Shown: in pieces, positions 55,948 to 64,000 of the stretch
Position numbering within the stretch: the stretch's first letter is position 1
Layout of the letters: each line of letters begins with the position of its first letter
Origin: Bacillota bacterium
GTDB lineage: Bacteria > Bacillota > Sulfobacillia > Sulfobacillales > JAIMBI01
Assembly: GCA_021818685.1 (NCBI GenBank)
Contig: JAKATP010000001.1
Span: 17,997 to 81,996, forward strand
Direction of reading: 5' to 3'
Length of the DNA stretch: 64,000 nucleotides
Translations under genes and position numbers: made by a program
The notes under the pieces: model-generated
Seen by the model: only the letters and a program-made list of their open reading frames with translations
Database searches by the model: none
What the model was told of the DNA's origin: nothing

Positions 55948-56609
55948 GCGGATGCCCCCTTCTGAGTCGCCTGAGGTCCAAAAGGGCCCTGGAATTGCCC
56001 GATCGGATCGGTCTCGGGGATTCTGGCGCCCCGGCTCCAGTGCCACACGTATTTGGCCACCAGGTCGTATTCGAGATTGACAGCTGCCCCTTCGGCCAGT
56101 CCTCCGAGGGTGGTCAGCGCGAGCGTGGTGGGGATAAGCGCCACGGTAAAATGAAGCCCCTCCGCCTCGACGATGGTCAGCGACACCCCGGCCACGGCGA
56201 TGGAACCCCGATCCACCAGATAAAACGCCCCGTCGGGCGTCGCTTCCAGTTGGAACCGGACCGTTCCCCCCTGCTCCGAGCGCGTAATCAGATGGCCCAC
56301 CCCGTCCACGTGCCCGGCTACCAAGTGCCCTCCCAGACGGTCTTGCAGTCGGAGGGGCCGTTCGAGGTTGACCAACTGGTCCGGATGGAGAGCGCCCAGC
56401 GTGGTGCGGTGAAGCGTGGTAGTCACAATATCGGCGGTGAAACTCTGGGCATCCTGGCCGGTGACGGTCAGGCATGCTCCCTCGACGGCAATGCTGTCGC
56501 CGGCCGCAAGCTCCCTCGCCAGCGGCGTCGCCACGCGAAGTTCAACCCCTTCACCCTTCCCATTCAATGTGATGACGCGGCCGGTTCCCTCAACGATGCC
56601 GGTAAACAC
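55944..56609 (-). CDS. ribE: riboflavin synthase alpha chain
   Basis: (V)[11 protein letters not shown]...[13 protein letters not shown]...[12 protein letters not shown]...[11 protein letters not shown] shows two lumazine-binding repeats. GTG 56609. Confidence 0.9.
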   Translation of the reverse strand: MFTGIVEGTGRVITLNGKGEGVELRVATPLARELAAGDSIAVEGACLTVTGQDAQSFTADIVTTTLHRTTLGALHPDQLVNLERPLRLQDRLGGHLVAGHVDGVGHLITRSEQGGTVRFQLEATPDGAFYLVDRGSIAVAGVSLTIVEAEGLHFTVALIPTTLALTTLGGLAEGAAVNLEYDLVAKYVWHWSRGARIPETDPIGQFQGPFGPQATQKGASA

Positions 56610-57715
56610 CGGATCCTCATCTCCTCCCACGACGTGGCCACCCAAGCTTCGTACAATACGTCAGAGCCGAGACTTCGCACTCGCGGACGGGTAAGGCGCC
56701 AGGCGTCCGCCAGGGCATCGAGCGGCGCACCGACCACCAGCGGGAGCCCTTCTCCGCCCAGGAGAAGCGGTGCCCAGTACAACTGCAGCGCGTCGTAGAG
56801 CCCCGCCTCCAAAAAGGCACCGTGGATCGTAGGGCCGCCCTCCACGACGAGCGACAGCAGTCCTCTTTCACCGAGATCCGCCACGACTTCGCGGAGATCG
56901 ACGTGTCCCCCGCTGGTCTTGACCCGTACCACCTCGGCTCCCGCCTGGTAGAGGGATCGCTCGAACGATACCGGAGTCTCGTCGGCCGTATACACCAAGG
57001 TAGGGGCTCGACTGCCCGTTTGCAGCATCCGCGCCGTGGCGCGCATCCGCCCGCGGCTGTCCAAAACGACACGTACGGGATCGCGTGCCCGAGAGAGGCC
57101 CCGTACGTTCAAGGACGGGTCGTCGGCGAGCGCCGTCCCGCTACCGATAATGATGGCGTCGACCCGGCTCCGCCTGCGGTGTACATGCCGCCGAGCTTGG
57201 TCACCGGTCAGATATCGAGACTCCCCGGTCCGGGTCGCCACCCGCCCGTCGACAGAGGCGGCTCCCTTCATGGTGATCCAAGGACGCCGCCGCACGACCC
57301 ACGAGAAGAACGGGAGATTCATCTCCAAGGCTTCGGCCGCTCCGTCGCCCACATCCGTGGGAATCCCGTATTCCTTCAGAACGTCCGCCCCTCCCCCCGC
57401 CTTGGGGTTCGGGTCCGGGATGGCGGCCGTCACCCGGGTCACGCCCGACCCTCGTATGGCCTCGGTGCAAGGTGGCGTGCGACCTGTGTGCCGACAGGGT
57501 TCAAGCGTGACGTACAGGCTTGCCCCCCGCGCGCGCGCGCCCGCGTCGCGCAGTGCCTGCACCTCCGCGTGCGGGGTAGCGGGCCCGCGGTGAAATCCGC
57601 GGCCCACCACCACGCCGTCTCGCACCACCACGGCCCCCACTGTGGGATTGGGATGGGTTCTCCCCTGTCCGTGTCGGGCGAGGCGCAGTGCCTCCCGCAT
57701 GAATTCGCTGGTCAC
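56564..57715 (-). CDS. ribD: bifunctional riboflavin biosynthesis deaminase/reductase
   Basis: HPNPTVGAVVV...PHAEVQAL...YVTLEPCRHTGRTPPC (CDA zinc site), followed by a reductase domain (ITMKGAASVDGR...). The 3' end overlaps ribE by 46 nt. Confidence 0.92.
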   Translation of the reverse strand: MTSEFMREALRLARHGQGRTHPNPTVGAVVVRDGVVVGRGFHRGPATPHAEVQALRDAGARARGASLYVTLEPCRHTGRTPPCTEAIRGSGVTRVTAAIPDPNPKAGGGADVLKEYGIPTDVGDGAAEALEMNLPFFSWVVRRRPWITMKGAASVDGRVATRTGESRYLTGDQARRHVHRRRSRVDAIIIGSGTALADDPSLNVRGLSRARDPVRVVLDSRGRMRATARMLQTGSRAPTLVYTADETPVSFERSLYQAGAEVVRVKTSGGHVDLREVVADLGERGLLSLVVEGGPTIHGAFLEAGLYDALQLYWAPLLLGGEGLPLVVGAPLDALADAWRLTRPRVRSLGSDVLYEAWVATSWEEMRIRCLPASLREPAASSH

Positions 57716-57725
57716 GTTTCACCCC

Positions 57726-57752
57726 ACAAAAAATCCCCGCCTCCGGCGGGGG
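57726..57752 (-). terminator. attenuator terminator of the FMN riboswitch expression platform
   Basis: Minus strand: CCCCGCC-GGA-GGCGGGG followed by ATTTTTTGT, located between the aptamer and the ribD SD. Confidence 0.75.
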
Positions 57753-57782
57753 TAAGAGAAAACGGGCAGCCCAATGCTGCCG

Positions 57783-57930
57783 CACCTTCTCCCATCCAGA
57801 CTTTACTGTCGGTACCGGAGTCACACCGGTTCCTGCCCGTAGGCTCGCGGACTTGTCGCCCTGTGGCGCATCACCGCCGGTCCGGAATCGGGATTGCTCC
57901 CTCACCGTGCCCCGAAGGTCCTCTTCAGTG
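57783..57930 (-). promoter_or_regulatory. FMN riboswitch (RFN element)
   Basis: Minus strand reads ...GAGGACCTTCGGGGCACGGTGA...TCCCGATTCCGGACCGGCGGT...GTCCGCGAGCC...CCGGTGTGACTCCGGTACCGACAGTAAAGTCTGGATGGGAGAAGG. This matches the conserved RFN blocks (TTCGGGGCAGGGTGAAATTCCC, ACCGGCGGT, CCGACAGTAAAGTCTGGATG.GAGAAG) and sits directly upstream of ribD. Confidence 0.9.
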
Positions 57931-58051
57931 TATGGAGCAAAGCCTTAGGCGTCAATGAACGCTCGCGCACGCGAGGGGATCTGGGAGATCCGGAGGTTCT
58001 GACGCTGTCGGTCGCGAAGTGCCGATCACACAGTCAAAGCGGGGGATGACC

Positions 58052-58822
58052 ATGGCAGTTGTCAGTACGGAACGACGCGACGGATACGCGATTGTCACCA
58101 TCAACCGGCCTCAGGTCTTAAACGCGCTCAATCGCGAGGTGCTGGAGGCCTTGCAGGAAGCGGTAGCCGCCATCGAGGCAGATGCCGCCATGCGGGCTCT
58201 CATCGTGACCGGTGCGGGGCGCGCGTTCGCTGCGGGCGCTGATATCCGCGAGATTCAGGCCCTCGCCCATCCTGCCGCGGCGGAAGCTTTCTCCCAATTT
58301 GGCCAGCACATCATGACCCTCATCGCACAAAGCCGTCTCGTCTCCATCATGGCGATCAACGGTTTTGCCCTCGGCGGCGGGCTGGAGCTGGCCATGGCGG
58401 GCGATTACCGGATCATCGCTGAGGGCGCCGAGTTAGGGCAGCCAGAAATCTTGCTCGGCATCATACCGGGTTTCGGCGGCACCCAGCGCCTCAAAGACCT
58501 CTGCGGAGCGGGCCGCGCGCTCTGGCTCATTGCTTCGGGAGAGCGCATCGACGCGGCCCACGCGCTCGCCTGGGGAATCGTTGATGAAGTGCAGCCGGCC
58601 AACGAGGTGCTGCCGCGGGCGGAGGGCATGGCATCGGCACTGGGAACGCGGGCTCCGCTCGCGCTGGCGGCTGCCAAGCGGGCCGTGAGAGCCGAGGGGC
58701 AACTGTCTCATCGTCTGCTGTTCGAAGCGGCCGAGTTCGGCCTCATCGGATGCTCGGATGATGCGCGAGAGGGCACGGCTGCGTTTCTCGAGAAGCGGTC
58801 GCCAAGGTTCCAGGGCTCGTAG
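58052..58822 (+). CDS. enoyl-CoA hydratase/isomerase (crotonase) family
   Basis: ITINRPQVLNALN...LIVTGAGRAFAAGADI...AINGFALGGGLELAMAGD...PEILLGIIPGFGGTQRL. ATG 58052 or 58046. Confidence 0.9.
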   Translation: MAVVSTERRDGYAIVTINRPQVLNALNREVLEALQEAVAAIEADAAMRALIVTGAGRAFAAGADIREIQALAHPAAAEAFSQFGQHIMTLIAQSRLVSIMAINGFALGGGLELAMAGDYRIIAEGAELGQPEILLGIIPGFGGTQRLKDLCGAGRALWLIASGERIDAAHALAWGIVDEVQPANEVLPRAEGMASALGTRAPLALAAAKRAVRAEGQLSHRLLFEAAEFGLIGCSDDAREGTAAFLEKRSPRFQGS

Positions 58823-59907
58823 GGGGCTTGATAGCAGTCCCGGCGCACGTTGGTAGCCGTATCGGGGGATCTCGCGGCGGGGGGCACGACGGTGCGGCCA
58901 GGCGGACAGGCGATCGCTTGGTGTGCTCGGGCACCCGCATGGTGTGCGCCGCTTCTGCCGGCAGAGCGGGCAGTGTCTCAGGCTTCGGATCGATTCGGGG
59001 CTGGACGGCCGGCCGTCGGCGTTACCCCGCTCGAAATCAAGCGGCCGATAGGGGATGCCCCCGTCCGAGAGCTGTTAAGCAGCGTCGCATGGCGATCCAT
59101 GCGATCCAGAGGTACCTCGGCCCCATCCTATCGTGTGATCGCGATACCCGCCGACAGACAACGTGTCGATCTCCGCTCTAGCTGGGGCCGGAGCCGGTTT
59201 TCGGTTAGTCTCCGGTGTCAGAGAGTTTCGCAGGATCCCACAGCGTGTCGCCCGTGGCCGTCCCCGTGCGGCTGCAGAAAGAGAACGAGGATAGACCCAG
59301 CAAAGGGGTGCGGTCAGGGTTCGGCGGCCCGGATGGGCCGGCCGCCCTTCCCTAGGAGACGGCCCCAGAGTACCGAGACTACGCGCGCAGGCGCGCACCA
59401 AGGACGCTACTGACGTCTGAGCCCCCACGGCGGCGATTCGGGCTCCTGTCGGGGGCTCGCCGGAGTGGGGCCCGGATCCGGGATCGTGCCTAAGCCCGCC
59501 AGGCTTGTGGGCCAGCGATCGAGTGAGCGCCTGGGCCACGAACATGCGCATTGGGTAGACCATAAAGAGCACGTGCGCCGCAACCGGCGCATCCCCCGTG
59601 CTTCCCGGACGCGCCCGCCCGTGCGAACTTTCTAAGTCAGGTCGTGTAGTGCGTGAGGAGGCGCGGGCGTTGCGGGTGGCGGATGGAGAGGCGTCCTGCC
59701 GGGCAGTTCTTGGGACCTCGGAACTCCGGCCCCACCTTGCGGCGACCGGTGCGCTCACGGGCCTTCACAGCCAGGGCCTCCTGGCTGCTACCATGTACCA
59801 CATGGGCCGGGCGCGACGTTGGTAGATCGTCGACGGCAGGGAATTTGCTTCGATTCGCGGAAACATTTTCGGGTTCTTACGCTGTTTTCGGACCGGACGT
59901 CAACCTA

Positions 59908-59931
59908 TCGCCATATCGCCATATTGCCATG
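59908..59931 (+). repeat. three tandem 8-mers TCGCCATA / TCGCCATA / TTGCCATG
   Basis: 59908-59915, 59916-59923 and 59924-59931. The array ends at the moxR SD (GAGGA 59931-59935). Confidence 0.7.
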
Positions 59932-59944
59932 AGGACGTGAGCCG

Positions 59945-60916
59945 ATGAATGATGACAATGCCTCGGTACAGGTAAAAGAAGAAGAGAGGCTGGCGGCGGT
60001 GGCTGCCCAGATCGAGCGGGCCGTGGTTGGCAAGGCCTCCGTGGTGAAGCTGCTCCTAACCGCACTCGTGACGGGCGGCCATGTTCTTTTGGTCGACGTG
60101 CCCGGCGTGGCCAAAACACGCCTCGCGCGCTCCCTGGCCCTCTCATTGGATTTAAGCTTTGCCCGCATTCAGGCCACGCCGGACTTGCTGCCGGGCGACG
60201 TTATGGGCGTGTCGGTCTACGACCCTCAGAATGGTGAGTTCCGGTACCGGCCGGGCCCCGTCTTAAACCAGCTGGTGCTGGTGGACGAGGTGAACCGAGC
60301 CACGCCCCGCACGCAGTCGGCCCTCTTGGAAAGCATGGAAGAACATCAGGTGACCGTAGACGGGGTGAGCCATCAAATCCCCTCTCCATTTATGGTGCTG
60401 GCGACGCAGAACCCGATCGAAATGGAAGGCACTTACCCCCTTCCGGAAGCTCAACTGGATCGATTCCTGTTGGCAACCCCGGTCGGATACCCGGAACTCG
60501 CCGATGAAATGGAGATGGTGAGCCGCTTGGGTCAGGATGAGCCGATGGATCGGTTCGAGGCTTTGGCCGGACCTGACGATGTGCTGCGATGGCGCCGAGC
60601 CGCCCTCAAGGTCCACCTGTCCGAACCCGTTCAACGGTATCTGGTGGAGGTGGTGCGCCAGACCCGGGCGCTTCCACGCATCCAGCTCGGCGCGAGCCCA
60701 CGGGCGACTCTATGGTTTTCGCGGGCCGTGCGGGTGTACGCCTGGCTTGAGGGGCGGACGTACGTGCTGCCCGATGACGTGAAGGCCCTGGCGGGACCGG
60801 TTCTCGCTCACCGGCTCCTCCTGTCGGCTGACGCCGAGGTTCTGGGGCGGTCGGGGTCCTCGGTGGTGGAGGAGGTTCTGGCGGCGGTGCCGGTACCGAC
60901 CGAGCAGATCGGATGA
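59945..60916 (+). CDS. MoxR-family AAA+ ATPase
   Basis: GHVLLVDVPGVAKT (Walker A variant typical of MoxR), LVLVDEVNRATPRTQSALLESMEE and ATQNPIEMEGTYPLPEAQLDRF. Confidence 0.9.
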   Translation: MNDDNASVQVKEEERLAAVAAQIERAVVGKASVVKLLLTALVTGGHVLLVDVPGVAKTRLARSLALSLDLSFARIQATPDLLPGDVMGVSVYDPQNGEFRYRPGPVLNQLVLVDEVNRATPRTQSALLESMEEHQVTVDGVSHQIPSPFMVLATQNPIEMEGTYPLPEAQLDRFLLATPVGYPELADEMEMVSRLGQDEPMDRFEALAGPDDVLRWRRAALKVHLSEPVQRYLVEVVRQTRALPRIQLGASPRATLWFSRAVRVYAWLEGRTYVLPDDVKALAGPVLAHRLLLSADAEVLGRSGSSVVEEVLAAVPVPTEQIG

Positions 60917-62127
60917 ACCGAACGACGGAGATCCTGCGTGACATCGCGATCCTGGTGGCAGTGGCAGGACTCTTCACCGGGCGGCCGGCAGTGGTGGCGG
61001 CGGCGGTCTTCGTGGTGGGTTTATGGGTCATCTCCAACCTGTTTGCCCGCAGAGCCCTGCGCTATATGTCAACGACGCAGCGCCTGAGCCCTCACGCCGT
61101 CGCCATCAATCAACTGGCCGATCTGGCCGTCACCGTGACCAACGCGTACAACTGGCCGGTGCCACTCCTCGAGTGGTCGGATCAGCTACCGGACGGTGTG
61201 GAGGCCGTGGCGGCCAAGACGTCCATGATCTCGACATCCGAAGGTCGGCGGCCGGCGGTGTACGGTCGCTACAGCATGCGGCGCTGGGAGGAGGTGACCC
61301 AACATGTCGCGGTGAAAAGCCAGCGCCGGGGCCGGTATATTCTGGGCCCGATTTACGTCGAGCTGCGCGATCCGCTGGGAGTGGCCGACGCCGACAAGAG
61401 CACACCCGCGTCCGCGGTGCTGACCGTGTTTCCGGCCCTGTTTCCCTTGCCGTCCCCGCTCGCCATGCCGACTGCGCGGCATGGGGAGCGGCGGGGCCCG
61501 CCCTGGAATCCACCCGACCCCACACGATACATCGGCGTGCGGCCCTATGAACCGGGCGACTCACCACGACTCATCCATCCTCACGCGAGTGCCCGTACCG
61601 GCACACTGCAGGTCAAGCGTCTCGAAACCGAGGCCGACAATCAGGTGGAACTGGTGGCGCTGGCAGCTACGGCTCCGTTCCTGTGGGAAGGCATCGACCC
61701 GAACCGGTTGGAGTCCTTGATCTCGGCGGCCGCCTCGGCGGCCAACTACTACATCCTGCAGGGTACGGCGGTGGGGTTGTCGCTGGCCGGATCCGTCTAT
61801 GGCCAGCCGCGAGGCGTTTCCCTGACGCCCAAACCGGGACGAGATCAGTGGCTTCGGATCCAGACCGCACTGGCGTGGGTCACCCCGGGGGGAGGAGAAG
61901 CGGGTGACCTTACCCGCACCCTCCAGCGCCTCGTCAGTCATGCGCGGCCGCGCACGCAGGTCTTTATCTTTACATGCTACTTTTCCGAGGCCTGGCTACC
62001 CTACATTGACCGGATGCGTCGGCGACAGTTGCAGGTGGTCTGGGTGGCAGTGGGGGATCGAGGCCACTGGCCTCAGATCCCCGGGGTGCGGATGGTGCAT
62101 TGGACGCCCGCGGTGGAGATACCGTGA
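60913..62127 (+). CDS. DUF58-family protein (vWA-like MoxR partner)
   Basis: Two N-terminal TM segments and the DUF58 signature region IGVRPYEPGDSPRLIH. Start overlaps the moxR stop. Confidence 0.8.
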   Translation: MNRTTEILRDIAILVAVAGLFTGRPAVVAAAVFVVGLWVISNLFARRALRYMSTTQRLSPHAVAINQLADLAVTVTNAYNWPVPLLEWSDQLPDGVEAVAAKTSMISTSEGRRPAVYGRYSMRRWEEVTQHVAVKSQRRGRYILGPIYVELRDPLGVADADKSTPASAVLTVFPALFPLPSPLAMPTARHGERRGPPWNPPDPTRYIGVRPYEPGDSPRLIHPHASARTGTLQVKRLETEADNQVELVALAATAPFLWEGIDPNRLESLISAAASAANYYILQGTAVGLSLAGSVYGQPRGVSLTPKPGRDQWLRIQTALAWVTPGGGEAGDLTRTLQRLVSHARPRTQVFIFTCYFSEAWLPYIDRMRRRQLQVVWVAVGDRGHWPQIPGVRMVHWTPAVEIP

Positions 62128-63218
62128 TGCGACAGCGCATTGTGAGCCTGGTGCTCGAAATCGGGTGGATGGTGCCCTGGCTGATTGCGTTGGGCGCGGG
62201 GGCATCCTGGTGGGTGCCGATCTTAAGCGGACTCGCCCTGGTCGTGATATCGACCTCGCGCCGCCGGGGGACGTTTGGCCCCCTGGCGGTCCTCGCGGGC
62301 GTCGCGATCGGCTACCTGATGGGGAGCGGGTTCGGGGCAGTGGCGGCCGGGATTGGGGCCTGGCGGGGCTGGGCGGCCCACGGCCGGCCGACCCGCAGTG
62401 GGCTTCTGGGCCGACTCGTGGTGGTGCTTATCGCCCTGTCGGCGCTCGTGATCTGGCACCCCAACTGGTGGCCGGTGCTTCCCGCCTCCCTCATCCTGGC
62501 GGTGGCCGGCATGGCGGAGGCGTCGCGGCCTCCGGGGGTGGGCAGTGAGGAGTGGTGGAGCCTCGGGTCCGCGTTTGGGCTCGTGTCACTGGGTGCGGCG
62601 CTTGTGGTGTACGGACTCGCCTTTTGGGGGCCCTGGAAACACCTGGCCGGCCCACTCAACGCCGTCCTGGCGTTTGCGATCGGACTTATCTCCGACACCA
62701 TCGTGCGCCTCTTGTCCCGCATACACTTTCACGGACACCTGCACATCCCGAAGATCCAGAGGAGTTCTGCCAACGCCCACCGGCCGCCGCCGCCCCGCCT
62801 CGTGGCGGGCCATCACCTTGTGTGGGTGATCCTCATAGCGGTGGTCGGGGCCATTGTGGTGACCCTCGGCGTCTGGTGGATCAGCCGGGCGCTGGCCAAC
62901 TGGAATCCGAAACCCGCCGAAGATGAGGAGCGGCTGGAACGTCGTCGTGTCGGTGACCCGTACCGAGGCCACCCGGGACGCGTGCGCTTTACCCGCCGGG
63001 TTGTGCGGGTGCGGCTTAAAAGTGCCGTTCGGCGACAAAAGGGGGCCAGCCCCAACGAGACCCTGCGAGAGTGGTTCCGCCGGGTGCACCACGAAGTGCC
63101 AAGCCCGGTGACACTCTATGAAGAAGTGAGATACGGAGGAGTACGGGACACGGCGGAGCGAGCACGGCGCACCCATAGGCAGTGGCCGCCGGAACCGCAG
63201 CCGCCGCCTAAAGGCTAG
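62127..63218 (+). CDS. polytopic membrane protein with C-terminal DUF4129-like domain
   Basis: About 6-7 TM segments followed by a basic cytoplasmic tail with ...ETLREWFRRVHHEVPSPVTLYEEVRYGG..., which resembles DUF4129. Third gene of the MoxR operon. I see no transglutaminase Cys-His-Asp core. Confidence 0.55.
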   Translation: MRQRIVSLVLEIGWMVPWLIALGAGASWWVPILSGLALVVISTSRRRGTFGPLAVLAGVAIGYLMGSGFGAVAAGIGAWRGWAAHGRPTRSGLLGRLVVVLIALSALVIWHPNWWPVLPASLILAVAGMAEASRPPGVGSEEWWSLGSAFGLVSLGAALVVYGLAFWGPWKHLAGPLNAVLAFAIGLISDTIVRLLSRIHFHGHLHIPKIQRSSANAHRPPPPRLVAGHHLVWVILIAVVGAIVVTLGVWWISRALANWNPKPAEDEERLERRRVGDPYRGHPGRVRFTRRVVRVRLKSAVRRQKGASPNETLREWFRRVHHEVPSPVTLYEEVRYGGVRDTAERARRTHRQWPPEPQPPPKG

Positions 63219-63271
63219 AGGAGCGCGGCCGCGCGTAGTCATATACGGATCTGGATCGGTGAGGTAAAATG

Positions 63272-63285
63272 CTGTCTTTAGACAG
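63272..63285. promoter_or_regulatory. perfect 6-2-6 palindrome CTGTCT-TT-AGACAG (operator candidate) next to a TAAAAT -10-like hexamer
   Basis: TAAAAT at 63265-63270. The palindrome at 63272-63285 lies 12 nt upstream of the GTG of the HTH gene. Confidence 0.4.
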
Positions 63286-63296
63286 ACAGGGGGCAG

Positions 63297-63845
63297 GTGG
63301 AATCGGTGGACCTGGTCCGCATCGGCGACAAGCTCGTCAGCGTGGAACGGGTTCTGCGGACCGTCGAGGACATTTTCCGTCTGAGGCAAGCGGGACTGAG
63401 TCAGGCGGAAGTCGGCGAGAGGCTGGGACTCGACCGGACCGTGGTGTCGCGCCTCGAAAGTGTAGGCGAGATCGGGAAGGGACACGCTATCGCGGTGATT
63501 GGCTTCCCCGTGGCCAATCGGGACGAGGTGCGCACGCTGTGCCGTGATCGCGGCGTCGAGTTTGTCTGGGTGATGTCCGATCGGGAGCGCCGCGACTTTG
63601 CGGAAAGCCGATCCGGAGCAGCGCTGATTGACGAAGTGCTGCAGTTGGCGGGGCGGGTGCGCCAGTTCGATGCCGTCATCCTGATGGCATCGGATCGGAG
63701 GCTCCGACTGATGGAGGCGCTGTTGGATCCGCGGCGGGTGCTGCCCATCGTACTGGGCCACACCCCCCTGTCACGTGATGTGGCCGTCGATCTCGAAGCG
63801 CTGGACGCGGCCATTCGCGCCTTAACCCCGGCAGGAGATCTTTGA
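63297..63845 (+). CDS. HTH domain protein of unknown function
   Basis: 182 aa. The N-terminal LRQAGLSQAEVGERLGLDRTVVSRLE is a clear HTH. I do not recognise the ~120-aa C-terminal domain (AIAVIGFPVANRDEV...AVILMASDRRL). Confidence 0.6.
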   Translation: MESVDLVRIGDKLVSVERVLRTVEDIFRLRQAGLSQAEVGERLGLDRTVVSRLESVGEIGKGHAIAVIGFPVANRDEVRTLCRDRGVEFVWVMSDRERRDFAESRSGAALIDEVLQLAGRVRQFDAVILMASDRRLRLMEALLDPRRVLPIVLGHTPLSRDVAVDLEALDAAIRALTPAGDL

Positions 63846-63951
63846 CGCGCGTCGAAACTGGGGCGAACAAACTCAGACCACATAATGTCGTTCCGCCACG
63901 CGTGATGGGGCGGCGGAATACTTGGATCGGGACGGGAAAGAGGGGCCCAAT

Positions 63952-64000
63952 GTGAGTGAGCGAGAAGTGCTGGTATCGGCCGAGGGCTTGAAGAAACTCG
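63952..64000 (+). CDS. greA: transcription elongation factor GreA (first 16 codons only)
   Basis: (V)SEREVLVSAEGLKKL matches the GreA N-terminal pattern (x-KE-x-LT-x-EG-x-KL). SD GGAAAGAGGGG. Truncated by the window edge. Confidence 0.55.
   Translation, partial: MSEREVLVSAEGLKKL

Noticed and set aside
54706-56475. 589-aa ORF in the track, suggesting a giant RibBA with a 176-aa N-terminal domain.
   Set aside because: The N-terminal 176 codons are an Arg/Gly/Pro-rich off-frame read across ribE. The genuine RibBA starts at MTEPEEHEV (55947), with an ATGA overlap on the ribE stop.
58920-58990. Zinc-ribbon-like CPLC...CGC peptide on the minus strand, suggesting a decayed TnpB/IS605-family gene filling the 1.1-kb gap.
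   Set aside because: The gap size (~1.1 kb) would fit. I could find no RuvC-like motifs, no TSQxC context and no DRDxNAAxNI tail in any frame. The frame is broken by stops, and there are no obvious terminal inverted repeats or hairpin ends. It is kept only as an alternative hypothesis under the gap finding.
1-64000. Search for CRISPR arrays, rRNA, insertion sequences, integrases, prophage genes or toxin-antitoxin pairs.
   Set aside because: I saw no regularly spaced direct repeats of 25-40 nt, no transposase, integrase or phage-like ORFs, and no rRNA signature blocks. The window reads as core chromosome with a few lineage-specific insertions.

Overview
This is a chromosomal housekeeping and sporulation region from a G+C-rich (roughly two-thirds by eye) endospore-forming Firmicute. 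About 62 CDS are densely packed. The backbone is syntenic with the Bacillus subtilis origin-proximal cluster: mfd, spoVT, mazG, hup, yabO, yabP, yabQ, divIC, yabR, tRNA, spoIIE, tilS, ftsH, folP-folB-folK and greA. Metabolic operons are interleaved with it: panBCE, hemL, manC/galU, thiD-thiE-tenA, hutH, and ribD-E-BA-H behind a textbook FMN riboswitch. The window also holds an addB/addA-like helicase-nuclease pair and a MoxR-DUF58-DUF4129 operon. One tRNA-Leu(UAA) is present. I saw no rRNA, CRISPR array or intact mobile element. The observations most worth a second look are these. (1) A 1.1 kb hairpin-dense stretch (58823-59944) has no coding periodicity. (2) A 0.6 kb unassigned gap lies upstream of yabP. 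(3) TGTACACA boxes in helical phase sit in front of a GerE-like gene and divIC, and a related copy lies in the thiD/spoIIE divergent region. (4) Three genes (mfd, folP, otsA) have a strong Shine-Dalgarno placed 7-8 nt before a non-canonical CTG or ATC codon. (5) The AddAB-like pair appears to keep only one intact nuclease site. (6) Non-Bacillus gene cassettes are inserted into the yabQ-divIC and tilS-ftsH junctions. All protein calls rest on my own motif reading of the supplied translations. No database search was run.
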